Below, piece after piece: positions 54,966 to 64,000 of a stretch of DNA of 64,000 nt. Origin of the DNA: Balneolales bacterium (GTDB taxonomy: Bacteria > Bacteroidota > Rhodothermia > Balneolales > HLUCCA01); NCBI GenBank assembly GCA_041749075.1, contig JBGTBY010000035.1, positions 209,870 to 273,869 on the forward strand, read 5' to 3'. Made by a program: the position numbers and the translations under genes. The notes under the pieces were generated by a model. The model was not told the DNA's origin, searched no databases, and saw only the letters and a program-made list of their open reading frames with translations. Within the stretch, counting starts at the first letter, position 1, and the number at the start of each line of letters is the position of its first letter.

Positions 54966-54976
54966 ATAACGCACGT

Positions 54977-55444
54977 ATGGATCTCAAGCACATCAAAAGT
55001 CTTCTGCAATTGATTTCAGAAGCCGACGTCAATGAAGTTTACATTGAAGAAGGTGATTTCAAGATCAAAATCAAGAAACGTTCGGATGCGCCTGTTTACA
55101 GCGCTCCAGCACCTGCGCCAGCTCCAGTAGCCAGTGTCGTGGTACCTACCGCGCCCGCGGCTCAACCCGCCGGATCTCCGGCTCCTGCCGCAGCCGCTTC
55201 AACCACATCCGCCATCAAATCTCCGATTGTCGGAACGTTTTATTCGGCAGCCTCACCTGATGCGAAAGCCTTCATCTCTGTGGGTGATGAGATTTCGAAA
55301 GGTCAGCCATTGTGCATCATCGAAGCGATGAAAATCATGAACGAGATTGAATCGGATGTATCGGGCAAAGTGGTCGCGATCCTGGTCAAAAATGGCCAAC
55401 CTGTTGAATTCGACCAGCCGTTGTTTGAAATCGAACCTGCCTAA
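54977..55444 (+). CDS. accB: Acetyl-CoA carboxylase biotin carboxyl carrier protein
   Basis: 155 aa with an Ala/Pro linker and ..[15 protein letters not shown].., the biotinyl-Lys motif. Confidence 0.92.
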   Translation: MDLKHIKSLLQLISEADVNEVYIEEGDFKIKIKKRSDAPVYSAPAPAPAPVASVVVPTAPAAQPAGSPAPAAAASTTSAIKSPIVGTFYSAASPDAKAFISVGDEISKGQPLCIIEAMKIMNEIESDVSGKVVAILVKNGQPVEFDQPLFEIEPA

Positions 55445-55452
55445 CCGTCTAT

Positions 55453-56796
55453 ATGTTTAAAAAAATCCTGATTGCCAATCGGGGGGAAATCGCGTTACGG
55501 ATCATCCGGACGTGCAAAGAGATGGGAATCAAAACGGTTGCCGTTTATTCCACTGCCGACCGCGATTCACTTCATGTGAAATTCGCAGACGAAGCCGTCT
55601 GCATCGGTCCGCCTCCATCGCGAGAAAGCTATCTCAAGATTCCCCGCCTTCTGGCCGCCGCTGAAATCACGAATGCCGAAGCCATCCATCCAGGGTACGG
55701 TTTCCTTTCTGAAAACGCGGAATTCTCGCGCATCTGCGGCGAACACAACATCACCTTCATCGGTCCGACACCGCACATGATCGAAACCATGGGCGACAAG
55801 TCCAAGGCCAAAGAGAACATGATCAAGTACGGCGTTCCTGTGGTTCCTGGAAGTGATGGAACCATCAGCGATCTCAAAGAAGCCCAGATCGAAGCCGAAC
55901 GAATCGGATATCCGGTCATCATCAAGGCAACGGCCGGTGGTGGTGGACGTGGGATGCGGATCGTGAAAGAAGCATCCGAGTTCGAGAAAATGTTCGATAC
56001 CGCGCGCAATGAAGCCGGTGCGGCATTCAACAACCCTGAAGTGTATATCGAAAAGTATATCGAAGAACCACGGCACGTTGAGATTCAAATCTTAGGCGAT
56101 GCGCACGGGTACATCACACATCTTGGCGAACGCGATTGCTCGTTGCAACGCCGTCATCAGAAAGTGCTTGAAGAAGCCCCATCCCCTGTGATGACGCCCG
56201 AGCTTCGTGAGAAAATGGGTGAAGCGGCCATTCGCGCTGCTGAAACGGTGCAATACATCGGTGCTGGAACCATCGAATTTTTGGTCGACAAGCATTCCAA
56301 CTTCTATTTCATGGAAATGAACACGCGGATCCAGGTGGAACATCCCGTGACCGAAGAAGTGACCGGTTACGACCTCATCCGCAGTCAGATCGAAGTGGCC
56401 GCTGGCATACCATTGCGCCGCAAACCACTTAAAATTCGTGGCCATGCCATCGAATGCCGCATCAATGCGGAAGACCCTGCGAACGGATTTCGTCCAAGCG
56501 CGGGACGCATCAACACCTTCCATCCACCAGGTGGACACAGTGTCCGTGTCGACACCCACGTCTATAGCGGCTATGTGGTTCCACCGAACTACGACAGCAT
56601 GATCGCCAAACTCATTGTGAGCGCTCCGACACGGGAAGAAGCGATCGCTCGGATGTCGCGCGCATTGGACGAATTCGTTGTGGAAGGCATCCATACCTCG
56701 ATTCCTTATCACAAGCAATTGATGAAGGATCCGAATTTCATCGCCGGAAATTTCACGACGCATTATCTCGAAAAACAATTCCAATACAAACCATGA
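55453..56796 (+). CDS. accC: Acetyl-CoA carboxylase biotin carboxylase subunit
   Basis: 447 aa. [19 protein letters not shown].., ..[13 protein letters not shown].. and ..[16 protein letters not shown].. are present. Confidence 0.95.
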   Translation: MFKKILIANRGEIALRIIRTCKEMGIKTVAVYSTADRDSLHVKFADEAVCIGPPPSRESYLKIPRLLAAAEITNAEAIHPGYGFLSENAEFSRICGEHNITFIGPTPHMIETMGDKSKAKENMIKYGVPVVPGSDGTISDLKEAQIEAERIGYPVIIKATAGGGGRGMRIVKEASEFEKMFDTARNEAGAAFNNPEVYIEKYIEEPRHVEIQILGDAHGYITHLGERDCSLQRRHQKVLEEAPSPVMTPELREKMGEAAIRAAETVQYIGAGTIEFLVDKHSNFYFMEMNTRIQVEHPVTEEVTGYDLIRSQIEVAAGIPLRRKPLKIRGHAIECRINAEDPANGFRPSAGRINTFHPPGGHSVRVDTHVYSGYVVPPNYDSMIAKLIVSAPTREEAIARMSRALDEFVVEGIHTSIPYHKQLMKDPNFIAGNFTTHYLEKQFQYKP

Positions 56797-57170
56797 CTCC
56801 TTCCGACCTTCGTTACACCAAAGACCATGAGTGGGTCCGCCTCCATCCGGACGGAACCGCATCCATCGGCATCACCGAGTTTGCTCAAAGCGAATTGGGG
56901 GATATCGTATTTGTGGATGTGAACACGGTCGGAGAAGCGGTATCACAGGAAGATATTTTCGGTACGGTTGAAGCCGTGAAAACGGTTTCCGAATTGTTCA
57001 TGCCAGTCTCCGGCACCGTATTGGAAGTGAACGCCGAGCTGGAATCGAACCCGGAGTTAGTCAACGACGATCCTTATGGCGAAGGCTGGATGATCAAAAT
57101 CCGCCTGGACAACCCTGCCGATTTCGAGACATTATTGTCTGCTGACGATTACAAAAACCTCATTTCCTGA
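56793..57170 (+). CDS. gcvH: Glycine cleavage system protein H (lipoyl carrier)
   Basis: 125 aa. ..YTKDHEWV.. and ..[18 protein letters not shown].. (lipoyl-Lys) are present. The start forms ATGA with the accC stop. Confidence 0.9.
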   Translation: MTPSDLRYTKDHEWVRLHPDGTASIGITEFAQSELGDIVFVDVNTVGEAVSQEDIFGTVEAVKTVSELFMPVSGTVLEVNAELESNPELVNDDPYGEGWMIKIRLDNPADFETLLSADDYKNLIS

Positions 57171-57177
57171 CACCCTA

Positions 57178-58728
57178 ATGATCCGGTCGCATTCCGGGTG
57201 GGTTCTGATTCTTGATTACGGATCGCAATTCACTCAATTGATCGCTCGTCGAGTAAGAGAGCTTCAGATCTATTGTGAAATCCATCCCTTCAATGCCGAC
57301 CTAACCGAATTCGACGCCGCGCCTCCTGGTGGCATCATCCTATCTGGCGGACCGATGAGCGTGAATGACGAAGGCGCGCCTCACCTGAACACACACATTT
57401 TCGATTGGGATGTCCCGATTCTTGGTGTGTGTTACGGACTCCAATTGCTGGCCCAATATGCGGTTCCGAATTCGGTCGAAAAAGCGGATCACCGTGAATT
57501 CGGTCGAGCACGTTTGAACATCGACGACCGTTCCGACATCTTCAAAGGGTTCGACACAACCTGTCTGGTTTGGATGAGCCATGGCGATCATCTCACGATT
57601 CTCCCTTCGGATTACGCCATCATCGCCCATACCGGAAACGCTCCGATCGCCGCGGTCCGACATAAGCATAAGCCCATTTTCGGGGTGCAGTTCCATCCGG
57701 AAGTGGCCCATACCGAAAACGGGCTCAAACTGCTGAAGAATTTCACGGTCAACATCTGCGGATTGAAGCAAGATTGGACACCAGTCTCCTTCATCGAGAA
57801 TCAAATTGAACTGATCCGCAAACGTGTCGGTTCTGCGAAAGTCATTTGCGGACTGTCCGGTGGAGTGGATTCTACCGTTACAGCCACTCTCATCCACAAA
57901 GCCATCGGAGACCAGTTGTTATGCGTGTTCGTGAACAACGGGCTCCTTCGCAAACACGAATATGAAGAGGTCCTGAAATTATATAAAGACGCGTTGCATC
58001 TTCCGGTGATTGGTGTGGATGCGACCGATCAATTCCTGGATGAGCTTAAAGGCGTATCAGATCCGGAGACGAAACGCAAACGGATCGGGAAAACGTTTAT
58101 CGATGTGTTCGAACACACCATCCGTGAAAAAACAGGATACAAGTTCCTGGCACAAGGCACCTTGTATCCGGATGTGATCGAAAGCGTGTCGTTCAAGGGT
58201 CCGTCAGCCACCATCAAATCCCATCATAATGTGGGCGGACTTCCCGCCGATATGAAACTTGAACTGCTCGAGCCGATGCGGGAATTGTTCAAAGATGAGG
58301 TTCGGTCCGTCGGCAGAACCTTGGGCATCCCTGAGAATTTCATCGGCCGGCATCCGTTTCCGGGTCCGGGCTTGGCCATTCGGATCATTTCGGATGTGAC
58401 CCGTGAGAAGCTGGCCCTTCTTCGTGAAGTGGACCATATTTTCATTTCCGAATTGAAAAAACACGAATTGTATGACGAGGTATGGCAAGCGTTCGCTGTT
58501 CTACTTCCTGTTCAGAGCGTGGGTGTGATGGGTGATGAACGCACCTATGAAATGACGGCCGGCTTACGCGCCGTGACCAGCGTGGATGGGATGACAGCCG
58601 ATTGGGCCCACCTCCCGCATGATTTTTTAGCACATGTTTCGAATCGTATAATAAATGAGATTCGTGGCGTTAATAGAGTGGTATATGATATCAGTTCAAA
58701 ACCTCCGGCCACGATCGAATGGGAATAA
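57178..58728 (+). CDS. guaA: GMP synthase (glutamine-hydrolysing)
   Basis: 516 aa. The GATase domain is ..ILGVCYGLQ.. and the PP-loop is ..[10 protein letters not shown]... The C-terminal ..[12 protein letters not shown] is present. Confidence 0.95.
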   Translation: MIRSHSGWVLILDYGSQFTQLIARRVRELQIYCEIHPFNADLTEFDAAPPGGIILSGGPMSVNDEGAPHLNTHIFDWDVPILGVCYGLQLLAQYAVPNSVEKADHREFGRARLNIDDRSDIFKGFDTTCLVWMSHGDHLTILPSDYAIIAHTGNAPIAAVRHKHKPIFGVQFHPEVAHTENGLKLLKNFTVNICGLKQDWTPVSFIENQIELIRKRVGSAKVICGLSGGVDSTVTATLIHKAIGDQLLCVFVNNGLLRKHEYEEVLKLYKDALHLPVIGVDATDQFLDELKGVSDPETKRKRIGKTFIDVFEHTIREKTGYKFLAQGTLYPDVIESVSFKGPSATIKSHHNVGGLPADMKLELLEPMRELFKDEVRSVGRTLGIPENFIGRHPFPGPGLAIRIISDVTREKLALLREVDHIFISELKKHELYDEVWQAFAVLLPVQSVGVMGDERTYEMTAGLRAVTSVDGMTADWAHLPHDFLAHVSNRIINEIRGVNRVVYDISSKPPATIEWE

Positions 58729-60304
58729 CCTGCTGAGACTGTCGGTTTTTCTCGTTCTTTCCTTCGTTGGCCAATCCGTTTATTCGCAAATCGAATATGG
58801 CATCCGTCTGTTTGAAGATGGAAACTATGCCGAGGCTGCGTCTTTTTTTCGAGACATGAACGTGCCCGAAGCCAAGCTGTATGAAGCACGTGCCTTGTAT
58901 CATATGGGCGATTCCCGTCGTGCGAACGATGTCCTTTCCAGCATCACCCAAGATGTCTCGTTCGCGTTCAGCATTGAACTCCAGTACACCCGTGCGGTGG
59001 TGGAGTATGCGCTTGGTCACACCGCCACGGCCTTGGAACGACTTTACGGCATCCGCGACGATCTGCCCGAGGCTCGCAACTTATATCAAGATATCCTGAG
59101 CTATGTGAGCCCGAGGCAACGGGAGGAATTGAAATCATCCATCCGCATCGAAGAACTTCTGAGTGCCATAGATGAAAACACATCCCCTGGCGGATTCTTT
59201 CAGGTTGCCCCACGCGGCACCGTTGTGTCCATAGGTGTGATGTTGCCGGTTGATGAGCGCACATCACCTACGTTCGGCGTGGTTCAGGGATTGTATCAAG
59301 GCATTTTGATCGCTGTGGATGAATTCAATGAACGCAGCCCGAACCTGAAAGTGAAGTTGCATTTCGCGAACAGCGATTCAAGTGCCATCCTCGCGTTTCA
59401 TGAGCTCCGAATGAAACACAATGTGAGAGCAATATTGGGTCCTCTTAGGTCGGATGAAGCCCTATCCATCCGCATGTTGGCACAACAACATCAGATACCG
59501 GTCTTCCTTCCGTTGGCAAACTCATTTCAAATGTCGGATACGAATCCGTTCGTGTTCCGCTTCAATCCGACCATCAGGGATGGCGCTGTCAGTATGGCAC
59601 GTCGGGCGTTCGACGATCTGAAGCTTCGTCGGGTCATGATCATGGCTCAGCCCAATACCGATGGCTATGATGAAGCCCTAGCGTTCCGTGAAACATTCAC
59701 ATCTTTGGGTGGAACGATTGTTCATTTCATCGATTCGAAGGCCTATCTGAATTTCAATGTTGTCTCCGAAACCCTCGACACCTTGAGGAGCATCCGCGAA
59801 GGTCAGCCCGATTCGTTGATCGCCGATGCGATCTATGTGCCCTTCACAGGTGCAGGTGCGAACGCCATCATCGACCATGTAATGACCGCGTTGGAAGCGA
59901 AGCGCATTCCTGTAATGGTTCTAGGAAGTGAGGAATTGGGATTCTTAGATCACTCGGCGGACCGACTCGCGCGCTTTCCGATTTATCACACGTCCATTTT
60001 GGATGTGACCCCGAAAGGCGATCGCTTGGACGTGTTCCGAACCTCGTATACATCGAGGACATTTCAAAATCCGAATGATTTTTCCTATGTCGGATATGAC
60101 GTGGCCACGTTTCTTTTCGAGACATTTAGTTATGTGCAGCATCCTGATTATGTGGCCGGCTTCGCACCGAAGATGCCCGTGTTCAGAGGCTTGTCATCTC
60201 AATATTATTTGAACGGAAGCACTTCGAACAATCACGTCCCGGTGTATCATCTGACGGCTGACGGACCAAAAGAGCTTATCTCGACGCCGCGCCAGGAGCC
60301 GTAA
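58685..60304 (+). CDS. Secreted TPR-like plus type-I periplasmic-binding-fold protein (LivK/ANF-receptor-like; LpoA-like architecture)
   Basis: The ATG at 58685 gives signal peptide ..[20 protein letters not shown]. The start is uncertain and overlaps guaA by 44 nt. The N-terminal helical repeats are ..[14 protein letters not shown]... Next comes ..[35 protein letters not shown]...[13 protein letters not shown]...[10 protein letters not shown].., typical of the Leu/Ile/Val-binding fold. Confidence 0.5.
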   Translation: MISVQNLRPRSNGNNLLRLSVFLVLSFVGQSVYSQIEYGIRLFEDGNYAEAASFFRDMNVPEAKLYEARALYHMGDSRRANDVLSSITQDVSFAFSIELQYTRAVVEYALGHTATALERLYGIRDDLPEARNLYQDILSYVSPRQREELKSSIRIEELLSAIDENTSPGGFFQVAPRGTVVSIGVMLPVDERTSPTFGVVQGLYQGILIAVDEFNERSPNLKVKLHFANSDSSAILAFHELRMKHNVRAILGPLRSDEALSIRMLAQQHQIPVFLPLANSFQMSDTNPFVFRFNPTIRDGAVSMARRAFDDLKLRRVMIMAQPNTDGYDEALAFRETFTSLGGTIVHFIDSKAYLNFNVVSETLDTLRSIREGQPDSLIADAIYVPFTGAGANAIIDHVMTALEAKRIPVMVLGSEELGFLDHSADRLARFPIYHTSILDVTPKGDRLDVFRTSYTSRTFQNPNDFSYVGYDVATFLFETFSYVQHPDYVAGFAPKMPVFRGLSSQYYLNGSTSNNHVPVYHLTADGPKELISTPRQEP

Positions 60305-61334
60305 GCTGGTCTTGAATCTTCTGGCGTTCTTGGCGCATCCGAACTTGCTCGTTCAGCCAGATCACCCACTTTCTTGACTCACGAAGATGCTCGGCATAGG
60401 TCCGTGTGAACGTGTGATATCCTTCCGAATTGGCCACCATATAGATATAATTGTGCGACTCAGGATACAATGCCGCTTCGATGGCGATGAGACGAGGATT
60501 GTTCAACGGACCAGGCGGTAGTCCTCTGAACCGATAGGTATTGTACGGATGATCGAATCGATAATCGGAATGAAACAAGCGCCGACGTTCCCCCACGGCA
60601 TAGTTCACCGTCGGATCGGCTTGGAGTGGCATGCGGCGGTTGATGCGGTTCCAATACAATCCGCTCACTCGAGCCATCTCATCCGCATGCCTCACTTCCC
60701 ACTCGATGATCGATGCCATCGTTGTGGCTTCATCGACGGTCCATCCTAAGGAATCGAGTCTGGTTTGATAGCGTTTTTGAACGCGGTCGACAAATGTCGC
60801 ATGGACCCGACGGATGACATCCTCCGGACTCGCCGTCCAATAAAACTGATAGGTGTCGGGAAGTAAGCGTCCGACGAGATGATGTTCGTTCACGTCCAAC
60901 GATGCCAGCAAGGAAGAATCTCGAGACGTCGAATCAAACTCAGCCGCGGTGAACCGCATTTGATTGCTCAGCCGGATGGCGAGGTTGACCCGCATCATGG
61001 CGGTCGGAATTCGAAGATTCACCGGATCTTGCTCACCTCGACTGATTTTCGAGAGTAGCTCGAATCGCGACACCGGTTCGTTAAATTCATATCTGCCAGC
61101 ACGGAAGGTTTCGGTTCCCAGTTCGGTTGCGGCCCAGCGCATCAGATTCAAATCCACGCCGAGAGTGTCTGATGCGAGCACATGCAGCAATCCATCCACA
61201 TTGGTATCGAAATGAATCAGGATCGATTTCGATAATTCGATCTGAGAATCACCATGCAATCGAACTGTCCGATCGGCATAGATCCAGCCGAACGCAACGA
61301 TCAAAATAGGTATGGCCAGCAGTTCGTTGCGCAC
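60276..61334 (-). CDS. mltG: Endolytic murein transglycosylase MltG (YceG-like)
   Basis: 352 aa with a GTG start and an N-terminal TM. ..ASIIEWEVR.., ..YNTYRFRGLPPGPLNNP.. and ..YIYMVANSEGYHTFTRTYAEH.. are YceG motifs. Confidence 0.85.
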   Translation of the reverse strand: MRNELLAIPILIVAFGWIYADRTVRLHGDSQIELSKSILIHFDTNVDGLLHVLASDTLGVDLNLMRWAATELGTETFRAGRYEFNEPVSRFELLSKISRGEQDPVNLRIPTAMMRVNLAIRLSNQMRFTAAEFDSTSRDSSLLASLDVNEHHLVGRLLPDTYQFYWTASPEDVIRRVHATFVDRVQKRYQTRLDSLGWTVDEATTMASIIEWEVRHADEMARVSGLYWNRINRRMPLQADPTVNYAVGERRRLFHSDYRFDHPYNTYRFRGLPPGPLNNPRLIAIEAALYPESHNYIYMVANSEGYHTFTRTYAEHLRESRKWVIWLNEQVRMRQERQKIQDQLTAPGAASR

Positions 61335-61753
61335 TAAAACTGGACCGATGAGTTTAATTTCCAGACGATGGACCCATCCGAACCACGGGTATACGTGAAC
61401 AATCCACCGGCCCGGATATGTCCGTCTTCGAACTCAGCATATGCCCAAGAATCATTGAGGATTCGGATGTCGTCGAGTGAGAAGATCCGCATTGAGCTGC
61501 CATGGATTCCGGGTATTGAAATAGCTCCGGGTTTGTTCATCAAATCTTGCTTTAGCGCGGCATCCGGGTCTTCCGGAAACTGCTGCAACATACGAGACAA
61601 TGAATCCAACTGTGCGTTTTGCACAACCAGACGCTCCTGTTGTTCTTCCAAAAGGTGCGACAATTCGAGAGTGTCGGTGTCGGATTGATTCCAGAACCAT
61701 ACCAAGGTGATGGTCAGTAAAATCCAAAAAATTCGTTCAAGCCAGCGGTTCAT
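61334..61753 (-). CDS. Hypothetical membrane-anchored protein (TM, coiled coil and beta-rich domain)
   Basis: The ATG at 61753 gives MNRWLERIFWILLTITLVWFW... The ORF-track start is 61813. The stop shares one base with the mltG GTG (TAGTG). I recognise no motif. Confidence 0.5.
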   Translation of the reverse strand: MNRWLERIFWILLTITLVWFWNQSDTDTLELSHLLEEQQERLVVQNAQLDSLSRMLQQFPEDPDAALKQDLMNKPGAISIPGIHGSSMRIFSLDDIRILNDSWAYAEFEDGHIRAGGLFTYTRGSDGSIVWKLNSSVQF

Positions 61754-61804
61754 TGTAGTAGGGTTAGAAGACAGGATAAAGTACAAAATCGCTATTTTGT
61801 TTCT

Positions 61805-62920
61805 ATGTGGCACTCCCGAATCCTGATTCTTTTTACGTCTCTGATCCTAGTGGTCGGAATTGTTCTGAGCACCTTTTGGTATCGCGATTACCGTGCCATC
61901 CGATCCTCTGTCGACGCATTGATCGCGACACATGTCCCGGATAAGCGGATGGACGTCGCCGACATCAGGATCTTTCCCGGTATTATCAGCATGCACTTGG
62001 TTGGAGAGACATCCAATCCCGCATTGTTCAATGAACTACGATCCGATTCCATCACCTCCTTTCTGAGAATCCGGAATGATGTGGTGATGCTGCCCGATAC
62101 AAGTGTCACGGGTCGTGAGTCAGGTGTCGTGAATGTGGCGGTAGCGAATCTGCGACGCGAGCCACGTCATGGTGCGGAGCTTGTGGATCAAGCCATCTTG
62201 AGCACACCCCTTCGCATCTTGAAGCAGCGTCGTGGTTGGTATTATGTGAAAACTTCGTGGGATTATCTGGGATGGATAACGAGCTCCTCCATCCATTTCA
62301 CCGCCCATCCCCTTACACCCACTCACCGGGTATCGGCGCAGTCGGTGCACGTTCGCGAGTCGGCCGATGCTTCCAGCCTCATCTTAGTGGACGCACCCTT
62401 CGGCGCCGTCCTTACCAAAACCGCCGACATCGGTCGCTTCTCACGCGTCATCCTGCCAGACAGCACCACAGGCTACGTCCCCTCCTCCACACTGTCGTCC
62501 TTGCCCCGCCCCGCTCCTTCCTCGGCGCCAGATGCGCCTCGCCTTGTCGCCACAGCCAAGCTTTTCCACGGAATCCCTTATCTCTGGGGAGGCAATTCCA
62601 CGAGCGGCTTCGATTGCTCCGGATTCACACAAACCGTGTTTCGCGAGCAGGGCATCATCCTTCCTCGTGATGCGAACATGCAGATCCGACTCGGTACAGA
62701 CGTTCCGTATTCGGACGGTGATTTCAGCCAAGTGCAAGCGGGCGACCTATTGTACTTCGGACCCAATCCCGACCGCATCACACATGTTGCGCTGAGTCTT
62801 GGCGGCGCGAAGATCATTCATGCGAGCGAATTTGTGATGATGAACAGCTTGTACGAATCCGATCCGGATTATGCTCCGGCCAGACGTCGCACACTTCAGG
62901 CCATCCGACGCATCAACTGA
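61805..62920 (+). CDS. NlpC/P60 (C40) peptidoglycan endopeptidase with two SH3b-like domains
   Basis: 371 aa with an N-terminal TM. ..GIPYLWGGNSTSGFDCSGFTQTVF.. carries the catalytic Cys. ..ITHVALSLG..KIIHAS.. carries the His. Confidence 0.85.
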   Translation: MWHSRILILFTSLILVVGIVLSTFWYRDYRAIRSSVDALIATHVPDKRMDVADIRIFPGIISMHLVGETSNPALFNELRSDSITSFLRIRNDVVMLPDTSVTGRESGVVNVAVANLRREPRHGAELVDQAILSTPLRILKQRRGWYYVKTSWDYLGWITSSSIHFTAHPLTPTHRVSAQSVHVRESADASSLILVDAPFGAVLTKTADIGRFSRVILPDSTTGYVPSSTLSSLPRPAPSSAPDAPRLVATAKLFHGIPYLWGGNSTSGFDCSGFTQTVFREQGIILPRDANMQIRLGTDVPYSDGDFSQVQAGDLLYFGPNPDRITHVALSLGGAKIIHASEFVMMNSLYESDPDYAPARRRTLQAIRRIN

Positions 62921-64000
62921 TCACATGCTGCGTCGGTACTGTCCGCCTACCTCATACAAGGCCTGCGTGATTTGTCCCAACGAGCAGACCTTCACGGTCT
63001 GCATCAGTTCTTCAAACACATTCCCGCCGGATTTCGCGACGTCTTTCAGCGCATGAAGCGCTTTTGCGGAATCCTTCGAATGCGTTTTCTTGAAGGCTTC
63101 GAGACGTGCAATCTGATGTCGTTTTTCGTCATCTGTCGACCGGATCAACTCCAATGGCGTGTCGCTGGTCGATTCGTCTTTCGCCTTATAGGTGTTCACT
63201 CCGATGATGGGAAGCTCGCCGCTATGCTTGAGAGTTTCGTAATACAGACTTTCTTCTTGGATCTTACCGCGTTGGTACATCGTCTCCATCGCACCAAGCA
63301 CACCACCACGATCCGTGATGCGGTCGAATTCCGCCAGGATCGCATCCTCCACCAAGTCTGTAAGTTCCGATATGATGAACGATCCTTGCAAGGAGTTCTC
63401 ATTCTTTGATAAGCCCAATTCCTTGTTGATGATCATCTGGATAGCCAAGGCCCGACGTACGGATTCTTCTGTCGGCGTGGTGATAGCCTCATCATAAGCG
63501 TTCGTATGCAAGGAATTGCAGTGGTCGTTCAAGGCCATCAACGCTTGCAACGTCGTGCGGATATCGTTGAACTGGATTTCCTTGGCATGCAAGGAACGTC
63601 CGCTCGTCTGGATATGATATTTGAGTTTCTGCGACCGTTCATTGGCTTTGTATCGATTCTTCATCGCGATGGCCCAGATGCGCCTTGCCACACGTCCAAT
63701 TACCGCATATTCCGGATCCAATCCATTGCTGAAAAAGAAGGAAAGATTATGGGCGAAGTCGTCGATCTTCAATCCGCGCGACAAATAATATTCCACATAC
63801 GTGAAGCCATTCGCCAATGTGAATGCCGCTTGGGTGATGGGATTCGCGCCGGCTTCCGCGATATGATATCCCGATATCGAAACCGAATAGTAATTCCGGA
63901 CCTTATGCTCTGTAAAGTATGCTTGGATATCCCCCATCATCCGCAAAGCGAATTCCGTGGAGAAAATGCAGGTGTTCTGAGCTTGGTCTTCTTTCAGGAT
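62921..64000 (-). CDS. Acyl-CoA mutase catalytic (B12-dependent, methylmalonyl/isobutyryl-CoA mutase family) domain; N-terminal part lies beyond the window end
   Basis: The frame is open to the window end, upstream of the ORF-track Met at 63946. ..[24 protein letters not shown].., ..[11 protein letters not shown].., ..[12 protein letters not shown].., ..[15 protein letters not shown].. and the C-terminal ..[10 protein letters not shown] are present. Confidence 0.8.
   Translation of the reverse strand: MLKEDQAQNTCIFSTEFALRMMGDIQAYFTEHKVRNYYSVSISGYHIAEAGANPITQAAFTLANGFTYVEYYLSRGLKIDDFAHNLSFFFSNGLDPEYAVIGRVARRIWAIAMKNRYKANERSQKLKYHIQTSGRSLHAKEIQFNDIRTTLQALMALNDHCNSLHTNAYDEAITTPTEESVRRALAIQMIINKELGLSKNENSLQGSFIISELTDLVEDAILAEFDRITDRGGVLGAMETMYQRGKIQEESLYYETLKHSGELPIIGVNTYKAKDESTSDTPLELIRSTDDEKRHQIARLEAFKKTHSKDSAKALHALKDVAKSGGNVFEELMQTVKVCSLGQITQALYEVGGQYRRSM

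Noticed and set aside
55100-55202. Repetitive GC-rich Ala/Pro-coding stretch ([33 protein letters not shown])
   Set aside because: This is the well-known flexible linker of biotin carboxyl carrier protein, not a tandem-repeat element or CRISPR-like array.
56092-56862. 256-aa minus-strand ORF opposite accC/gcvH
   Set aside because: It is antisense to biotin carboxylase. The sequence is His/Arg/Phe-rich nonsense-like with no start context.
1-64000. Search for CRISPR repeats, rRNA/tRNA genes, IS/transposase or integrase genes, prophage or known defence-system genes
   Set aside because: None was found. There are no direct-repeat arrays. The only non-coding stretch longer than 100 bp is 926-1273. 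Every long ORF is accounted for by housekeeping or envelope functions.

Overview
This is a gene-dense chromosomal segment, about 98% coding by my gene calls. It looks like core genome of an FCB-group bacterium (Rhodothermota/Balneolota/Bacteroidota-like). The clues are a suf operon carrying DUF2480, a DUF2723 giant membrane protein, BamD, three tandem SurA/parvulin paralogs, a stand-alone nuoI, and YbeY with an H-x3-H-x5-D motif. I call 64 protein-coding genes. One of them, at the left edge, is missing from the ORF track because its frame runs off the window. Most are housekeeping: polyamine synthesis (speH-pdaD-speE), sufBCDSU-nfu-sufA, fni plus a polyprenyl synthase, der, tdk-nupC, apt, tadA, nadD, pta/ackA, ugd/uxs, greA, metG, efp-accB-accC-gcvH, guaA, mltG, two GH13 enzymes and two NSS transporters. 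I found no rRNA, tRNA, CRISPR array, transposase, integrase, phage gene or recognisable defence system, so most of the window is ordinary. I found no clearly novel system. The locus I would nominate first for a second look is 38.6-47.9 kb, a 10-gene co-directional string. In it, ackA and pta are split by a lipoprotein with a caspase-fold domain lacking the catalytic dyad and by a DMT permease. Just upstream sits a UDP-GlcA/UDP-Xyl, carbamoyltransferase and SxtJ-like module. Other candidates are:
- DUF2480 inside the suf operon
- two unknown genes locked between an orphan nuoI and a peroxiredoxin
- an agmatinase-less polyamine operon coupled to an Omp85-family gene
- the single 348-bp non-coding gap, which has a 27-codon uORF ending on the speH start codon
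- an LpoA-like TPR plus periplasmic-binding-fold protein in a cell-wall cluster

All functional calls rest on motif recognition by eye. No searches were run.
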